From a virus (taxonomy: Duplodnaviria; Caudoviricetes): DNA of 64,000 nt. Below, piece by piece: positions 30,843 through 41,634 of this stretch. The stretch spans positions 175,831 through 239,830 of IMG/VR virus record IMGVR_UViG_3300026549_000895; one strand, 5' to 3'. The notes beneath the pieces were generated by a model. That model saw only the letters and a program-made list of their open reading frames with translations. It was not told the origin of the DNA and did not search any database. The first letter of the stretch is position 1, and every line of letters starts with the position of its first letter. The translations under genes were made by a program, and so were the position numbers.

Positions 30843-30929
30843 TGTTAATTACCTCCATTTTGGAATTTGTTTTTATTTTCAATTGTATGTTACAATTGAA
30901 TTACGTTTTGTTATTTGTCTATGTATCTT

Positions 30930-31121
30930 TTATGCTTTAATAACACATTCAGACACACCGACGGTTTTGTTTAGATCTTCTTCCGTAATATGGTTTCCAG
31001 TTTCCGTATTGATAATCGTATAACCCTTTTTCAAAAACTTACGGATTTGATCTTCAGTTGCAGTAGGTAACGAACCAATTAGATCGTTATCTTTGTCTGT
31101 GATCTTGATGCTGTACTCCAT
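30930..31121 (-). CDS. Small hypothetical protein
   Basis: SD ggaggg; 63 aa. Confidence 0.7.
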   Translation of the reverse strand: MEYSIKITDKDNDLIGSLPTATEDQIRKFLKKGYTIINTETGNHITEEDLNKTVGVSECVIKA

Positions 31122-31232
31122 TTTGTTCCCTCCATTCTTAGATTGTTGGATTTGTTCTTAATTATGTATGGCATGAACATAATTAAATATTAAGTATATA
31201 ATACTCGTAGGTGTTCACAGCATCTTTTATAT

Positions 31233-31248
31233 CAATAGAATGATATAA
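31233..31248 (-). promoter_or_regulatory. Putative early-class promoter variant
   Basis: ttatatcattctattg on the minus strand, upstream of 31121. Confidence 0.4.
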
Positions 31249-31260
31249 ATACATATTAAA

Positions 31261-31289
31261 TATTTCCCCCGGATATTCCGGGGGAAATA
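31261..31289. terminator. GC hairpin terminator
   Basis: tatttcccccgga-tat-tccgggggaaata. Confidence 0.75.
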
Positions 31290-31300
31290 AATAACATAAA

Positions 31301-31531
31301 TTATTCTTTCAAATTCATTTCTTTATCAATCAGAGCTTTTCCTTCTTCAGCAGATTTACAAATCTTCTTTAAAGAATATGAAGTTCCGGTTATTTGTGAA
31401 CGAAAGTTTCTGTCGATGTCTTGTTTGCATGCATTCCAAGACAGATTCAAATGACGTTTTGCTTCTGCTAACTCTTCCTCAAGAGCTTCTATCTTTGCCA
31501 AGGTTCTTGCATACAGTTCATAGTTATTCAT
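31301..31531 (-). CDS. Small coiled-coil hypothetical protein
   Basis: SD aaggagg; 76 aa. Confidence 0.7.
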   Translation of the reverse strand: MNNYELYARTLAKIEALEEELAEAKRHLNLSWNACKQDIDRNFRSQITGTSYSLKKICKSAEEGKALIDKEMNLKE

Positions 31532-31545
31532 AAAAGATTTCCTCC

Positions 31546-34500
31546 TTATAGAATATTGATTACGATATTATCATCTTCAAGAATGAATAACTCAGGAACG
31601 AATCTCTCGAGTTCTTGTTTCGGAAAGTCTTCTATCTTCTTCCAACATTGAACAATCGATTGGGTATTCGCATCCATGTAGTTTCCATTAGAAGCTGATT
31701 TCTCATTAGTATACCAACCTTTGAATTTCATATACTCAACATTTGCATGAGATTCCATTTGTTGAATTACATGCGAAATGTAAATGTTATTGTTTGAACT
31801 GAGTATATCTGTAGCAGTATGAATCTTTGTCAAACGATTGAAATATTCTTTTACAATTGTTCGAAGTTCATTGATTGTGTTTGTCTTAAGATTCAGATTA
31901 TACAACTTGACATCGAATTCAATTTGAATATTGAGATCTGGCCAGAATATAGGAAGTGGCAATTGCTGATTGATACCTGCTGTGTATGAATGAGGTTTTC
32001 CATATGTTGCAATCAACTTACAATCCAGATAGTTATTACCTTCCAATCTCTCAAAGATTACCGGTTCGATAGCTGTATGAACCTGAGTAAATGCAGAAAC
32101 GAATTCAGCAAACTCATCGTTCATCATGAGAGAATATTCGGTTAATGGGAACAATTGAATTTCCACACCACCATTTACGTTGGTTGATCTGAAAGCATTG
32201 TTCAGATTTATATCGTATGAATACAGAGCAGTCCAAATAGATTCCCAATCGATATCATTTCCATCGACTGAATCTACAATCGGCTGTAAGCCAATATCGA
32301 TAGTATTCCTCAATGCAATAGGAACTGGCTTTCCTACATAATCATCTGATTCATATCTATTAAAGAAATTATTAAGAATGCCAATCAGTTCTGCTGCAAT
32401 CGTTTTATAAGATGTGAATGGTAATGAGAATTCTCCAGAAGGAACAACGATATTCATCATTCTGTTATAAGCGTACTTTGTAACAGTGTAAAGATTCAAC
32501 TCATTAGGATTGTAATCATCAATTGTCTTCATGTTGTTATACAGGGATTTCTGATTTTCAGTTGGTTTTGAAGATTCTCCGAAGTTAACAACTGAACGCA
32601 TTTCCTTCATTTCCTGTACAAGTGACAAGTTATCGATTGTGTATTCATCAACAAGACGGAATCCTTGAAGAGAAGGTATGTTACTATAATCAGATGCTCT
32701 ACCAGGATCGACAGACCTGAAGAAGATTGAAAGTTTCAATTCAGTATCTGTTGCATCAAGAGAAACGTTTGTACCAGGAGTTGTTGGAGTCCAGCTACCA
32801 CCACCGTATTCAGTAGATGCTATCTTTACCATATTATCAACATCAACCATTTCTGTCAATGGTTGCATAATGGTTTCAAATCTGATGGTACCATCATCCT
32901 CATTTGATACTGGTTCCATTTCGATGAAACCTGTTTCGGAACCATTGAGATATGCGTGAAGTACAACTCGCATATTGTTATCTTCAACAGGTAATGAATT
33001 CGTTGTAACATATACAAATGCTGTATTTGTAGGAATCAGATTGAAAGGAATTTTGTAATATGCTATAGCACCTGCATCAGGCAAAGGTTTCATTTCAGCA
33101 TACAGAACAATTGCTCCATCTCCCAAATTAGCAAGATTGAATTCATACTGTCCATTCTCATATGTTGGCGTATAAGGAGTATAAACACCAGCCGCGTTCT
33201 TAATGGTAATCTGCTTAACTGGACGACCATCCTCGTATTCAATATTTATATAGACATTCGTGAATGGTGTTCCTAAACGATAGAGTTGTGATTCTGAGAA
33301 CTTGCTGTCGGGATATTCAGATGCAAGTGATACAGTCATCTTCTTAATTAATCCAACAGGAAGATTCTCATCAAGTCTGAGTTCATAATAATATCTGTCA
33401 GTTTTTCTGTTGAATGTTAACAGATCAACGCTTGGATCAAGATCAGGATATGTTGTAATTTCAACATCACCGGTTTCGTGCACTTCATATCCATGCCATA
33501 AACCTTGTTCACCCCAGATTTCATCAGTACCAATAACTTGAAGATTTGAACCAGACATTGGTAATGCAACAGTTTTTGGGTTTGCTGATGAATTATCCTG
33601 AATCCATAAACCATCGAGAATCCAATCACCAGAACCATCGGTCTTTTGTGTCATTTTTCCAGTACATAAAAATGTATCAGCTGGCTTAAAAGGTAATGCT
33701 GAATCTTCTGAATTGAGAGGCAGCATAGGAATCTTTGGTGAATACAAATCAACTGGTTTGTTGAAATAAGCCCACATGTCTTCTGTGAAAACAGGAGGGT
33801 TTATATTTCCACGAGTATATTTTGCAAATGCTTCATTCTTATCTCCCCATCCAGAATCTGTAGGAGAAATGAAAGTTGTTAAAGCATAATAATTGTCTTT
33901 ATATGTTCTCTTTATATTTGTGAGAATTGGAGTTGCATGATACAACTTTGATTCATCATCAATGTTATCATCAAGCTTTAAGTCAATGGATACTTGTGTA
34001 GAAGACAGATAGTCATTTATCCAAGGATTAAAATATCCTATTGCAAATGGTTCTTTCTGAATTCTAACACCGAATGGATTTGCAAAGATATACTTTTCAT
34101 CGATATCAATAACAGTGTTTGCAGTTTCAACAATGTTATTTGTTGACGAATCAACATATGGAGTTACTGTATAATCATTTTCACCATACACCCAAATCCA
34201 TCCCGGAGGAATAATGATTTCATTATCGGTTACAGTGTTATCATTATTACTATACAAGATATCATATGGAATCTTTGCATGTAAAGTATTCGTCTTATAG
34301 ATTTCATTATCTGAATTCTTCAATGCTAAGAAGCCACTCCATAATCTTCCCCAAGGATCATCTCTACGTTTGAAGAAGAATGGATAAAGAACATTCTTGA
34401 AGTTGAATGTTTTGAACCATTCATCTATATCATGATCAGATGAAATAACATTTGCTGTGTTATACATCTCGATTGTTTCACGACGAACAGTTTCCATTGT

Positions 34501-35547
34501 TCCGATATTAGTTCCACCCATACTTCCTGAAATGATGAAAGCTGCTTTAGTTACATTTGCATTATTGGAATACTTGTTAGCATTCGTAAGAACATAAGGT
34601 TGTTCATCATCCTTGAAAGCTGTGAAATTAGCAGAATCACCATGACATGTATAAACCGTTATCTCATATGAAGAATTCAGTTCAGGTACGAAATAACGAG
34701 TACCATTCAATTGGAACATGAATCGAATGGTTTGTGAGTCATCCATTATATAGTGAATATACGGCTCATTGTCTTTTACCGTTGAATTTATCTGAAGAAT
34801 ATGATCAGCAGGTAAGTATTCATCTCGTGTTTGAGAAATGTATCGAACATCAAAACCACAAATATGATCAACGCAACGAATCAACTTGTCAGCATTTGGC
34901 AATCCATTAGTCATGTTATTTGTAATGATATGAACTTCACGAGTATATTCAGAAGCCTGTACGAACAAACACAACCAGATAGGACTTACTCTATACATTA
35001 TATATGTTCCTTTATTCTTCGCAACTCTGTTTGATACATCTTTATTTATGTATTGAACATTCCATGTTGTCGCTTCATTCTTATTCTTTTTCTTATGATA
35101 CTGAATAAGAATATCATAATCGAGAGAATAAACAGAACCGTTTGAAAGATTGAACTTTGTATCTTTATCAAGAACGAATTCCATTATGCTCGAATCAGCA
35201 TCGTTCGGAGTTGCATTATTATACAAATCTTCAATCTTCAATTCGAGTAAGAAGTTACAAGCTGATGGAGTGGCGAAAGCATATCCTAAATCAAATATTG
35301 CAGCTTCTGCATATACTGAATCAGGAAGTACTGCTTTTGTTATGAAATTCTCATTCAAGTAAAAAGCAGAAGTAAATGCCATATCCTGCATTGCTTGTGA
35401 CATTGTTTCGTTCATCATACCGAGAGAACCGGTATTCAAAACATTAATTGGTATATCTTTGAACACCTTGGGTGCCAATACATATTGTATGTATTGTTTT
35501 ATATTGGCATCATCTGAATAGTTGTTCAAGATGGTAACATCTGCCAT
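31546..35547 (-). CDS. Baseplate wedge protein, T4 gp6-like
   Basis: YLNENFITKAVLPDSVYAEA resembles the gp6 N-terminal E.F..TA....S motif; ~1330 aa; SD before ATG 35547. Confidence 0.7.
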   Translation of the reverse strand: MADVTILNNYSDDANIKQYIQYVLAPKVFKDIPINVLNTGSLGMMNETMSQAMQDMAFTSAFYLNENFITKAVLPDSVYAEAAIFDLGYAFATPSACNFLLELKIEDLYNNATPNDADSSIMEFVLDKDTKFNLSNGSVYSLDYDILIQYHKKKNKNEATTWNVQYINKDVSNRVAKNKGTYIMYRVSPIWLCLFVQASEYTREVHIITNNMTNGLPNADKLIRCVDHICGFDVRYISQTRDEYLPADHILQINSTVKDNEPYIHYIMDDSQTIRFMFQLNGTRYFVPELNSSYEITVYTCHGDSANFTAFKDDEQPYVLTNANKYSNNANVTKAAFIISGSMGGTNIGTMETVRRETIEMYNTANVISSDHDIDEWFKTFNFKNVLYPFFFKRRDDPWGRLWSGFLALKNSDNEIYKTNTLHAKIPYDILYSNNDNTVTDNEIIIPPGWIWVYGENDYTVTPYVDSSTNNIVETANTVIDIDEKYIFANPFGVRIQKEPFAIGYFNPWINDYLSSTQVSIDLKLDDNIDDESKLYHATPILTNIKRTYKDNYYALTTFISPTDSGWGDKNEAFAKYTRGNINPPVFTEDMWAYFNKPVDLYSPKIPMLPLNSEDSALPFKPADTFLCTGKMTQKTDGSGDWILDGLWIQDNSSANPKTVALPMSGSNLQVIGTDEIWGEQGLWHGYEVHETGDVEITTYPDLDPSVDLLTFNRKTDRYYYELRLDENLPVGLIKKMTVSLASEYPDSKFSESQLYRLGTPFTNVYINIEYEDGRPVKQITIKNAAGVYTPYTPTYENGQYEFNLANLGDGAIVLYAEMKPLPDAGAIAYYKIPFNLIPTNTAFVYVTTNSLPVEDNNMRVVLHAYLNGSETGFIEMEPVSNEDDGTIRFETIMQPLTEMVDVDNMVKIASTEYGGGSWTPTTPGTNVSLDATDTELKLSIFFRSVDPGRASDYSNIPSLQGFRLVDEYTIDNLSLVQEMKEMRSVVNFGESSKPTENQKSLYNNMKTIDDYNPNELNLYTVTKYAYNRMMNIVVPSGEFSLPFTSYKTIAAELIGILNNFFNRYESDDYVGKPVPIALRNTIDIGLQPIVDSVDGNDIDWESIWTALYSYDINLNNAFRSTNVNGGVEIQLFPLTEYSLMMNDEFAEFVSAFTQVHTAIEPVIFERLEGNNYLDCKLIATYGKPHSYTAGINQQLPLPIFWPDLNIQIEFDVKLYNLNLKTNTINELRTIVKEYFNRLTKIHTATDILSSNNNIYISHVIQQMESHANVEYMKFKGWYTNEKSASNGNYMDANTQSIVQCWKKIEDFPKQELERFVPELFILEDDNIVINIL

Positions 35548-35598
35548 GTATATCAATCCTTTCATCAAATAAATATAATGTTGTTATATCCGTGGCAG

Positions 35599-35612
35599 AA
35601 CGCCACGGTAAT
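35599..35612 (+). promoter_or_regulatory. Putative late promoter AACG-N6-TAAT overlapping a ccgtggc/gccacgg inverted repeat
   Basis: Divergent junction between baseplate and fibre genes. Confidence 0.5.
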
Positions 35613-35685
35613 CTTTTGATGCAATTACAAAGGTTATTTTTGCGTCTGAATAGATAGTACATTATACAGAAAGGAAGATTAAAAG

Positions 35686-38106
35686 ATGGCAACATCAAAT
35701 GAAAAACAAGTACAACTCAAACGTGAAACGTTATTAAACGATGAAGCTGTACTTGAAGAAGTATTTCCAAAAACCATGACCGACGCTGTCATTGATACAA
35801 ACAGTGGCCTCAAGTTGTCTGAAGTTATTGATACCATACTCACTGCAATAAATAATAAAGTGTCAAGAAATGTTAACTCTGTCAATGGACGCTCGGGAGT
35901 TGTATTACTGGATGCTTCAGATGTGGGACTTGGAAACGTTGATAACGTTTCAACAGCGGACATCAAAGCATGGATCATCAATTATGTAGCCGATCAATTT
36001 CATGGTAAACGATTGATACTTAAAGATTACTTTTCGGAGATTCAGCCACTCATCAATTCCAAAAATGATAAGTATGACGGTGTACCTTTCGTTTGTGAGC
36101 ATTTAGATGAATCCAATCCCAATGACCAAACGATGGTAATTGGATGCATCTATAAAGAAAGTGACCGATTAGTTGAAGAACACAAAGCCTTTGATTTCGG
36201 AGGTGGTACTGGAGTAGGTCGTATAGAGTATGATCAGAATAATCAGCCGCTTGGCGAATACTTTAATATCTACAGCGGACCCAATCGAAATCAAGCTTTA
36301 GGACTTTATTCAACTGCCAAAGGAAATGGTAATACAACATCCGGTGAGTCATCAATGGTCATTGGTAGATCAAATAGAATTGGATCAACGGGTGCAGCTA
36401 CTTTTGTTTCCGGAACTCAAAACACCGTAAATGGATATGAATCAGGAATTGTTTTTGGATCAAACAACACTGTTGCTGGCGGACATCAATCGATAATGGG
36501 TGGTTATGATAATGAAGATACCAGTAATGGTGACAATAATATCATATCTGGTACTTCGAATAAATTAATACGAGTTAACCCTGAGAATGATCCTTCATCA
36601 TGTAATATAATCACTGGAAAAAACAATATTTGTGATAGTGTAGATTTTTCAATCATATCTGGACAAAGAAATGAAGTTAGGTCAAATGGATCCTCAGATG
36701 AACGGTTCGCAATATCATCATGCATAACAGGTGCCCATAATACAATTTTCCAATCATTCAATAATTTGGTTTCGGGTTATAAAAATGACATAGATACAAG
36801 CTCGGACGGTTTTGTGTGTGGTGATCTCAATAAATGTTCTGACTGTCAAATGAGTTACATTGGTGGAGATCGCAATACAGCTCTTGATACAGATAAATCA
36901 TTTGTTGGAGGAGAACAAACAGTTTCTACTGCTGTAAACAATGGCTTTGTATTAGGCTATAAAGTTGAAGGTCATGGAGACAATGTATTTATTATCGGAA
37001 CATCTTCAAATGGTTTCAATCCAGAAACTCTCCCTGATGGTTCTGTCAGATACAATGGCATTGGAAATATGACCGTTCGTGAAATGATCATTACTCACAA
37101 AGATACTCCGTTCTCAATCGCATATGGTGCAAATTCCTTTGTTGCAGGAAAAGATAATCTTGGTCTTGGCACAGGTTCTTTTACAATCGGCGAAAAGAAC
37201 ATCAACCAATCAGAGACATCGTTTGTTTGTGGTAAGAATAACAGAACATATGATGCAGAAGGCATCGTAGTGATGGGTACTAACAATGACATTTGTGGCA
37301 AATGGTCGCAAGGAAGTGGTATTAGAAATTGTACTTCTGGACATGTTGCAACTGTATTGGGTGCGTTTAATAATGCGGAGAATTATACAACAGCCGTTGG
37401 TATAGGTTCCTCTGCTGAATATGATTTTCCAAACAGCAAAGATGATAGTTATTCTGATCTCGATTTATATTTCCCATCGGCAATAGATATTGAACATTCT
37501 GAAGCTCAAACTCCGCAGAGTTATATAATCAGAGAAGAAACTTATATCGAGCTTCCTCTTCCTCTAATATTCAGCCCTATTCGGGTTAGAAACATGATTA
37601 TCCGTATTGAATATGCAGGTAATGTGTGGGCACAAAATGCGTTGACCGAAAAATACATTGATCAAACTCAATCATCAGAGTTTATGCTGTGGAAATATGA
37701 CCGAAAAGTTTTGTATATTTCACGAAAAGCTCTGAACGAACAATTCGGATTTGTGCACTCTCATGAACAAAGTGCCGAAGATCTCGACTTGGAAGTTGTT
37801 GATTTGAGAGATGCAAACATATCAGTGCGCTTGACAGTTGATCCAAATCCTGCTGAGAAGATAGGTAGACATGCTTTCAAAGTTGGTAATGGTCCTTTTG
37901 CTGATGCAATATACCGTGATGCTGCTTGGAGAGCGAATGCTTTCGAAGTACACTGGGATGGTACAACATTAACGCAAAAGGATATTCAGCTCAGATATAA
38001 GGCTAATCCAAACACTTCGGATCCGCCTGTTAATATATCTTTTAAGAAAGTAATAGACGCACTTATATCAAGCGGAGCAATAAATCTTAATAATATTTTA
38101 GCTTAA
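35686..38106 (+). CDS. Tail fibre / receptor-binding protein with G-x-x-N beta-roll repeats
   Basis: VNSVNGRSGVVLLDASDVGLGNVDN fibre motif; many ~14-aa GxxN repeats. Confidence 0.75.
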   Translation: MATSNEKQVQLKRETLLNDEAVLEEVFPKTMTDAVIDTNSGLKLSEVIDTILTAINNKVSRNVNSVNGRSGVVLLDASDVGLGNVDNVSTADIKAWIINYVADQFHGKRLILKDYFSEIQPLINSKNDKYDGVPFVCEHLDESNPNDQTMVIGCIYKESDRLVEEHKAFDFGGGTGVGRIEYDQNNQPLGEYFNIYSGPNRNQALGLYSTAKGNGNTTSGESSMVIGRSNRIGSTGAATFVSGTQNTVNGYESGIVFGSNNTVAGGHQSIMGGYDNEDTSNGDNNIISGTSNKLIRVNPENDPSSCNIITGKNNICDSVDFSIISGQRNEVRSNGSSDERFAISSCITGAHNTIFQSFNNLVSGYKNDIDTSSDGFVCGDLNKCSDCQMSYIGGDRNTALDTDKSFVGGEQTVSTAVNNGFVLGYKVEGHGDNVFIIGTSSNGFNPETLPDGSVRYNGIGNMTVREMIITHKDTPFSIAYGANSFVAGKDNLGLGTGSFTIGEKNINQSETSFVCGKNNRTYDAEGIVVMGTNNDICGKWSQGSGIRNCTSGHVATVLGAFNNAENYTTAVGIGSSAEYDFPNSKDDSYSDLDLYFPSAIDIEHSEAQTPQSYIIREETYIELPLPLIFSPIRVRNMIIRIEYAGNVWAQNALTEKYIDQTQSSEFMLWKYDRKVLYISRKALNEQFGFVHSHEQSAEDLDLEVVDLRDANISVRLTVDPNPAEKIGRHAFKVGNGPFADAIYRDAAWRANAFEVHWDGTTLTQKDIQLRYKANPNTSDPPVNISFKKVIDALISSGAINLNNILA

Positions 38107-38124
38107 AAGGAGGAATAATTAATT

Positions 38125-39396
38125 ATGAAAATTAAAGATAATGCGTACGGTCTGCATGGACATGTACAGGTATTCGTCAGAAATAGGAAAACTGGCAAGA
38201 AGACATTGTGGAGTGAATCTGATAACGTGATTACAATTTCAGGTTATCAGAATATTCTTCTTCGTTCATTCGGTTTGAGATTGGACTCAATCCACAAGGC
38301 TCCATATATCGATGGTAACATTGGTAAAGATACAAATCTTATTACACCCGATCTGAATGATACTATGGGAATCGGTGAAGTTCCTGCTAATTATACAACT
38401 ATGAGTGAAGAGTTCTCTTCTTCTCATATCATTCAGGGGTTCATGGTTGGTAATGGCGGTGCTGGTGAGGATAACATCACCACAAAGAATACCAATTATT
38501 CTTTCATCAATCTCAGACGTCCTATTCCATTCCGTCAGACAACTACAGTTCTTCCTTCAAGTGTCGCTGGTCAATATCTCGGTGTGTATAATAAGTCTAC
38601 AGCTGAGGAAGAGATGGGATACGCTAAATCATACTTCATCAAGAAATTTGATGATACTCCTCACATCTATCACACATGGTGGGAAGAAGGTCAGAAGTGG
38701 TCTTATGTAGATCCTATTTCTCAGGATAATCTTGGACCCAATCAGTCATCCGCTCCAAAGACAAACAGAATTGCATCATATGTAGAATGTGAGATGTCAA
38801 TCTCTCCTGAGGATTGTATTGACTATTTCTCCCATGCCGGTAGTACACAGACTCCGGTTATCAATGAAATCGGTCTCGTTGCATTTGATGCAGAACCTGG
38901 TATGCGTTCTGTATTCGAGTCTGCTTACAGAAACTATATCAGAGAATTTATAGAAGTTCTGTATAGCAAAGATGAGTCTGCTGATACTCTTGAAAGACTT
39001 GTAGGAATAGCTCTTACAATCTATCAGATTCTCGTTAACAACGGGGAAGTTGATATCACATCATTTGGAAATACTCATATCAATGCATTCGTTGATGTTA
39101 TTTCCGAAATTCAGAGAATAGAAGATCCTTCTACAATCACTCATTCACAGCTCGTTGGTTGGATGGATGCTTTAAGTAGTTCTGAAAATATCAATGTAGA
39201 AGCATACTACAATCAGAACGGTACATATGTTTATGAGACTGATGAGTTCTTGAATTGTCTCCATGACAGTGTTTTTGATACACTGACAAATGATGAGGCT
39301 CAGAGAATTAAGCTCATTACATATTATACATTCAATTCAATCCCTCTCAGTGATGAAGTAGATATTCTCATCAATTACAGAATCTACACAAACTGA
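38125..39396 (+). CDS. Putative baseplate/tail structural protein
   Basis: N-terminal GHV...NVIT..G, INEIGL and terminal INYRIY, typical of tail-associated proteins. Confidence 0.55.
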   Translation: MKIKDNAYGLHGHVQVFVRNRKTGKKTLWSESDNVITISGYQNILLRSFGLRLDSIHKAPYIDGNIGKDTNLITPDLNDTMGIGEVPANYTTMSEEFSSSHIIQGFMVGNGGAGEDNITTKNTNYSFINLRRPIPFRQTTTVLPSSVAGQYLGVYNKSTAEEEMGYAKSYFIKKFDDTPHIYHTWWEEGQKWSYVDPISQDNLGPNQSSAPKTNRIASYVECEMSISPEDCIDYFSHAGSTQTPVINEIGLVAFDAEPGMRSVFESAYRNYIREFIEVLYSKDESADTLERLVGIALTIYQILVNNGEVDITSFGNTHINAFVDVISEIQRIEDPSTITHSQLVGWMDALSSSENINVEAYYNQNGTYVYETDEFLNCLHDSVFDTLTNDEAQRIKLITYYTFNSIPLSDEVDILINYRIYTN

Positions 39397-39411
39397 TGAC
39401 AGGAGGACACA

Positions 39412-40008
39412 ATGAAAGAAGAATGCAATGTTGGACTCGAAAATGAGAAGAACTATACGGAACTGCTGAAAACGTTAAACAACTCCAAACTCAATGAGCT
39501 TGGGGTTGCTATACGTACATATCGCAAGGGTATAAAGTGGAAGAGTGTTTCTTTCACAATACCAACAGCTCCAGTTCCTTCTCATAGACCTCGATTGTCA
39601 AATAACAGAATATATGTTCCTGGTGCTGCTAAGAATGCAACATTTTTCAATAGGTATGTATTACCGACTTTGCAAGGTTTGATGATATCAACTCCTTGCA
39701 AAGTTGATGCAAGATTTTACACAAAGACCCCTTCGTCCTTTAGCAAAATTCAAACGCTTTTAGCGGAGTTGGGTTTTATACGTCCATGGGGTAGAAACGG
39801 AGATGTTGATAATTTTTCTAAAACCGTACTGGATCAAATACAACCAAACGAGAAGAGAGGACATGTTGGAATATTAAAAGATGATGCTCTCGTATTCGAA
39901 ATGAATTCAAGAAAATTTTATTCAGTTACACCACGTACAGAAGTAACAATAACTTTCATGGATTCAATTCCTAAGCCCTTGTTACATATACTGAGACTTG
40001 ACAAATAA
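39412..40008 (+). CDS. rusA: RusA-like Holliday junction resolvase
   Basis: PVPSHRPR, DVDNFSKTVLD and DDALV catalytic Asp motifs. Confidence 0.8.
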   Translation: MKEECNVGLENEKNYTELLKTLNNSKLNELGVAIRTYRKGIKWKSVSFTIPTAPVPSHRPRLSNNRIYVPGAAKNATFFNRYVLPTLQGLMISTPCKVDARFYTKTPSSFSKIQTLLAELGFIRPWGRNGDVDNFSKTVLDQIQPNEKRGHVGILKDDALVFEMNSRKFYSVTPRTEVTITFMDSIPKPLLHILRLDK

Positions 40009-40068
40009 TGAGGAGAACACATTATTTATTAACCTAATCAAAATTAAATCGAAAGGAATGAAATTTCA

Positions 40069-41613
40069 ATGGCAAAAAAGGCATATGATAAGGATAAACT
40101 TTTTTCCATTCCGAGAACGCCGGAGGATAAAGAAGCCTTTAATAAAGAGCTTAAAGATTTCGAGAAAAAGTATGGCAAGGTACTTTCCACCGGTACTGAA
40201 TTATTCGGTAAACTGAAATATGGTAAAAACAAATCAATTGTTCAGAATGCTAAAAAGAACATCTTCGAGTTCCCTGTGTTCGTAGCATCTTCTGTACCTC
40301 TCACTTATGCAACAGCAACAGCAACTCTTCTTGAACAGATGTATGCATCGTTTGTTCAGATGACTCTGTCTCAGACACCGGTTGTAGATGCAAAGGATAT
40401 TGCAAGAGGAGAGAAGAGTGGATTGGATCCCTTCAGATATCTCAGATCTACTGATGTCAACGACTTCCTCGAAAGTTATGAACTTGAATTCCAGAAGGAT
40501 TCTGTTCACAATATCATTGTAAATGAGCAGACCGGAAATACTTTTGATTTCCAGCTTGTTACATATTCTAACAATGATGCTGAATTAATTCTCGAAGCAG
40601 TTGAGAATATGAATATTGATCATTATTCTCACTTCTTTACCGAAGCTGCTGGTGAACTGACCGAACAGGAAAAGAAAGATCTTGAGGCGGCTGATGCAGC
40701 GGCTGCTGCAGCCGGCGCGGAGTATGACAAGAAGAAAGAAGAACAATACAAAGATAATGAAGAAGAACGTAAACAGGCTAAGGCTGCATATGATAAACAG
40801 AAATCCCGTGATGATCATTTAAAGTTTTCAATGGATATGTCCAAGAATCTGTTTGATGTTCCTCCTAAGATGCTTAAGGAAGGCGAAATCAATAAGCTGA
40901 ATACTATGAAGCCTCTTATGATGGAAGCCCATTTTGGTGCTTACACACTAAACGACGATAAGGACATAAAATCTATTGAACAGACTTCGATGATTATCGG
41001 TGTTCGTTCTTACTGCAGACTTGTTAACTCTGAAGATCTTCCGGAGATGGCAAGGTACTCTGATTCAAAGAACATTCTCATGAAGCGTGCTAAGTATCGT
41101 GCTGGCGAGATGAAGTATTGGTCTGACTTCAAGTTCGATATTAAGGGTAAGAAGAATGATGTTTATGAGAACATTACTTCACCTGAAAAGAAATGGTATA
41201 AGAGACTCCATCAGCTTGCTCATATGAGAGATGATGCTATCGCTCCTCTCGTTGCAAAGAGTGGTGTATTGGGAGCACTCAATACTATTTCAAAGGCTTC
41301 CAATGGAATGATTCCGAACTGTTCTCTTGTTATCTCACAGGCTGATGTTGACTACATCAAGGCAGTTACTTCAAAGGATGGAAGAACTGGAATCAATCTT
41401 CTTAGTCCTTCCGCAGCAAGAAAGCTTTGTCGTGACATGTTCCTGATCTGTCTCGTTGTTATTGATCCTGATAGAGAGTCGGTAAAGATGTTTATTCCTG
41501 ATCTCAACTCTGATTGGGAAGTTCAGTCTATCGATGCAATCAATCGTCAGATTTCAACAATGAATGCTGCTGGTATCAAGTCCAACGAAATATTCAAGGC
41601 ACTTGCACGCTAA
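40069..41613 (+). CDS. Putative virion head protein
   Basis: 514 aa; FLES and FFTEA motifs; SD. Confidence 0.65.
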   Translation: MAKKAYDKDKLFSIPRTPEDKEAFNKELKDFEKKYGKVLSTGTELFGKLKYGKNKSIVQNAKKNIFEFPVFVASSVPLTYATATATLLEQMYASFVQMTLSQTPVVDAKDIARGEKSGLDPFRYLRSTDVNDFLESYELEFQKDSVHNIIVNEQTGNTFDFQLVTYSNNDAELILEAVENMNIDHYSHFFTEAAGELTEQEKKDLEAADAAAAAAGAEYDKKKEEQYKDNEEERKQAKAAYDKQKSRDDHLKFSMDMSKNLFDVPPKMLKEGEINKLNTMKPLMMEAHFGAYTLNDDKDIKSIEQTSMIIGVRSYCRLVNSEDLPEMARYSDSKNILMKRAKYRAGEMKYWSDFKFDIKGKKNDVYENITSPEKKWYKRLHQLAHMRDDAIAPLVAKSGVLGALNTISKASNGMIPNCSLVISQADVDYIKAVTSKDGRTGINLLSPSAARKLCRDMFLICLVVIDPDRESVKMFIPDLNSDWEVQSIDAINRQISTMNAAGIKSNEIFKALAR

Positions 41614-41634
41614 ACAAAAGAGAGGTGATATTAA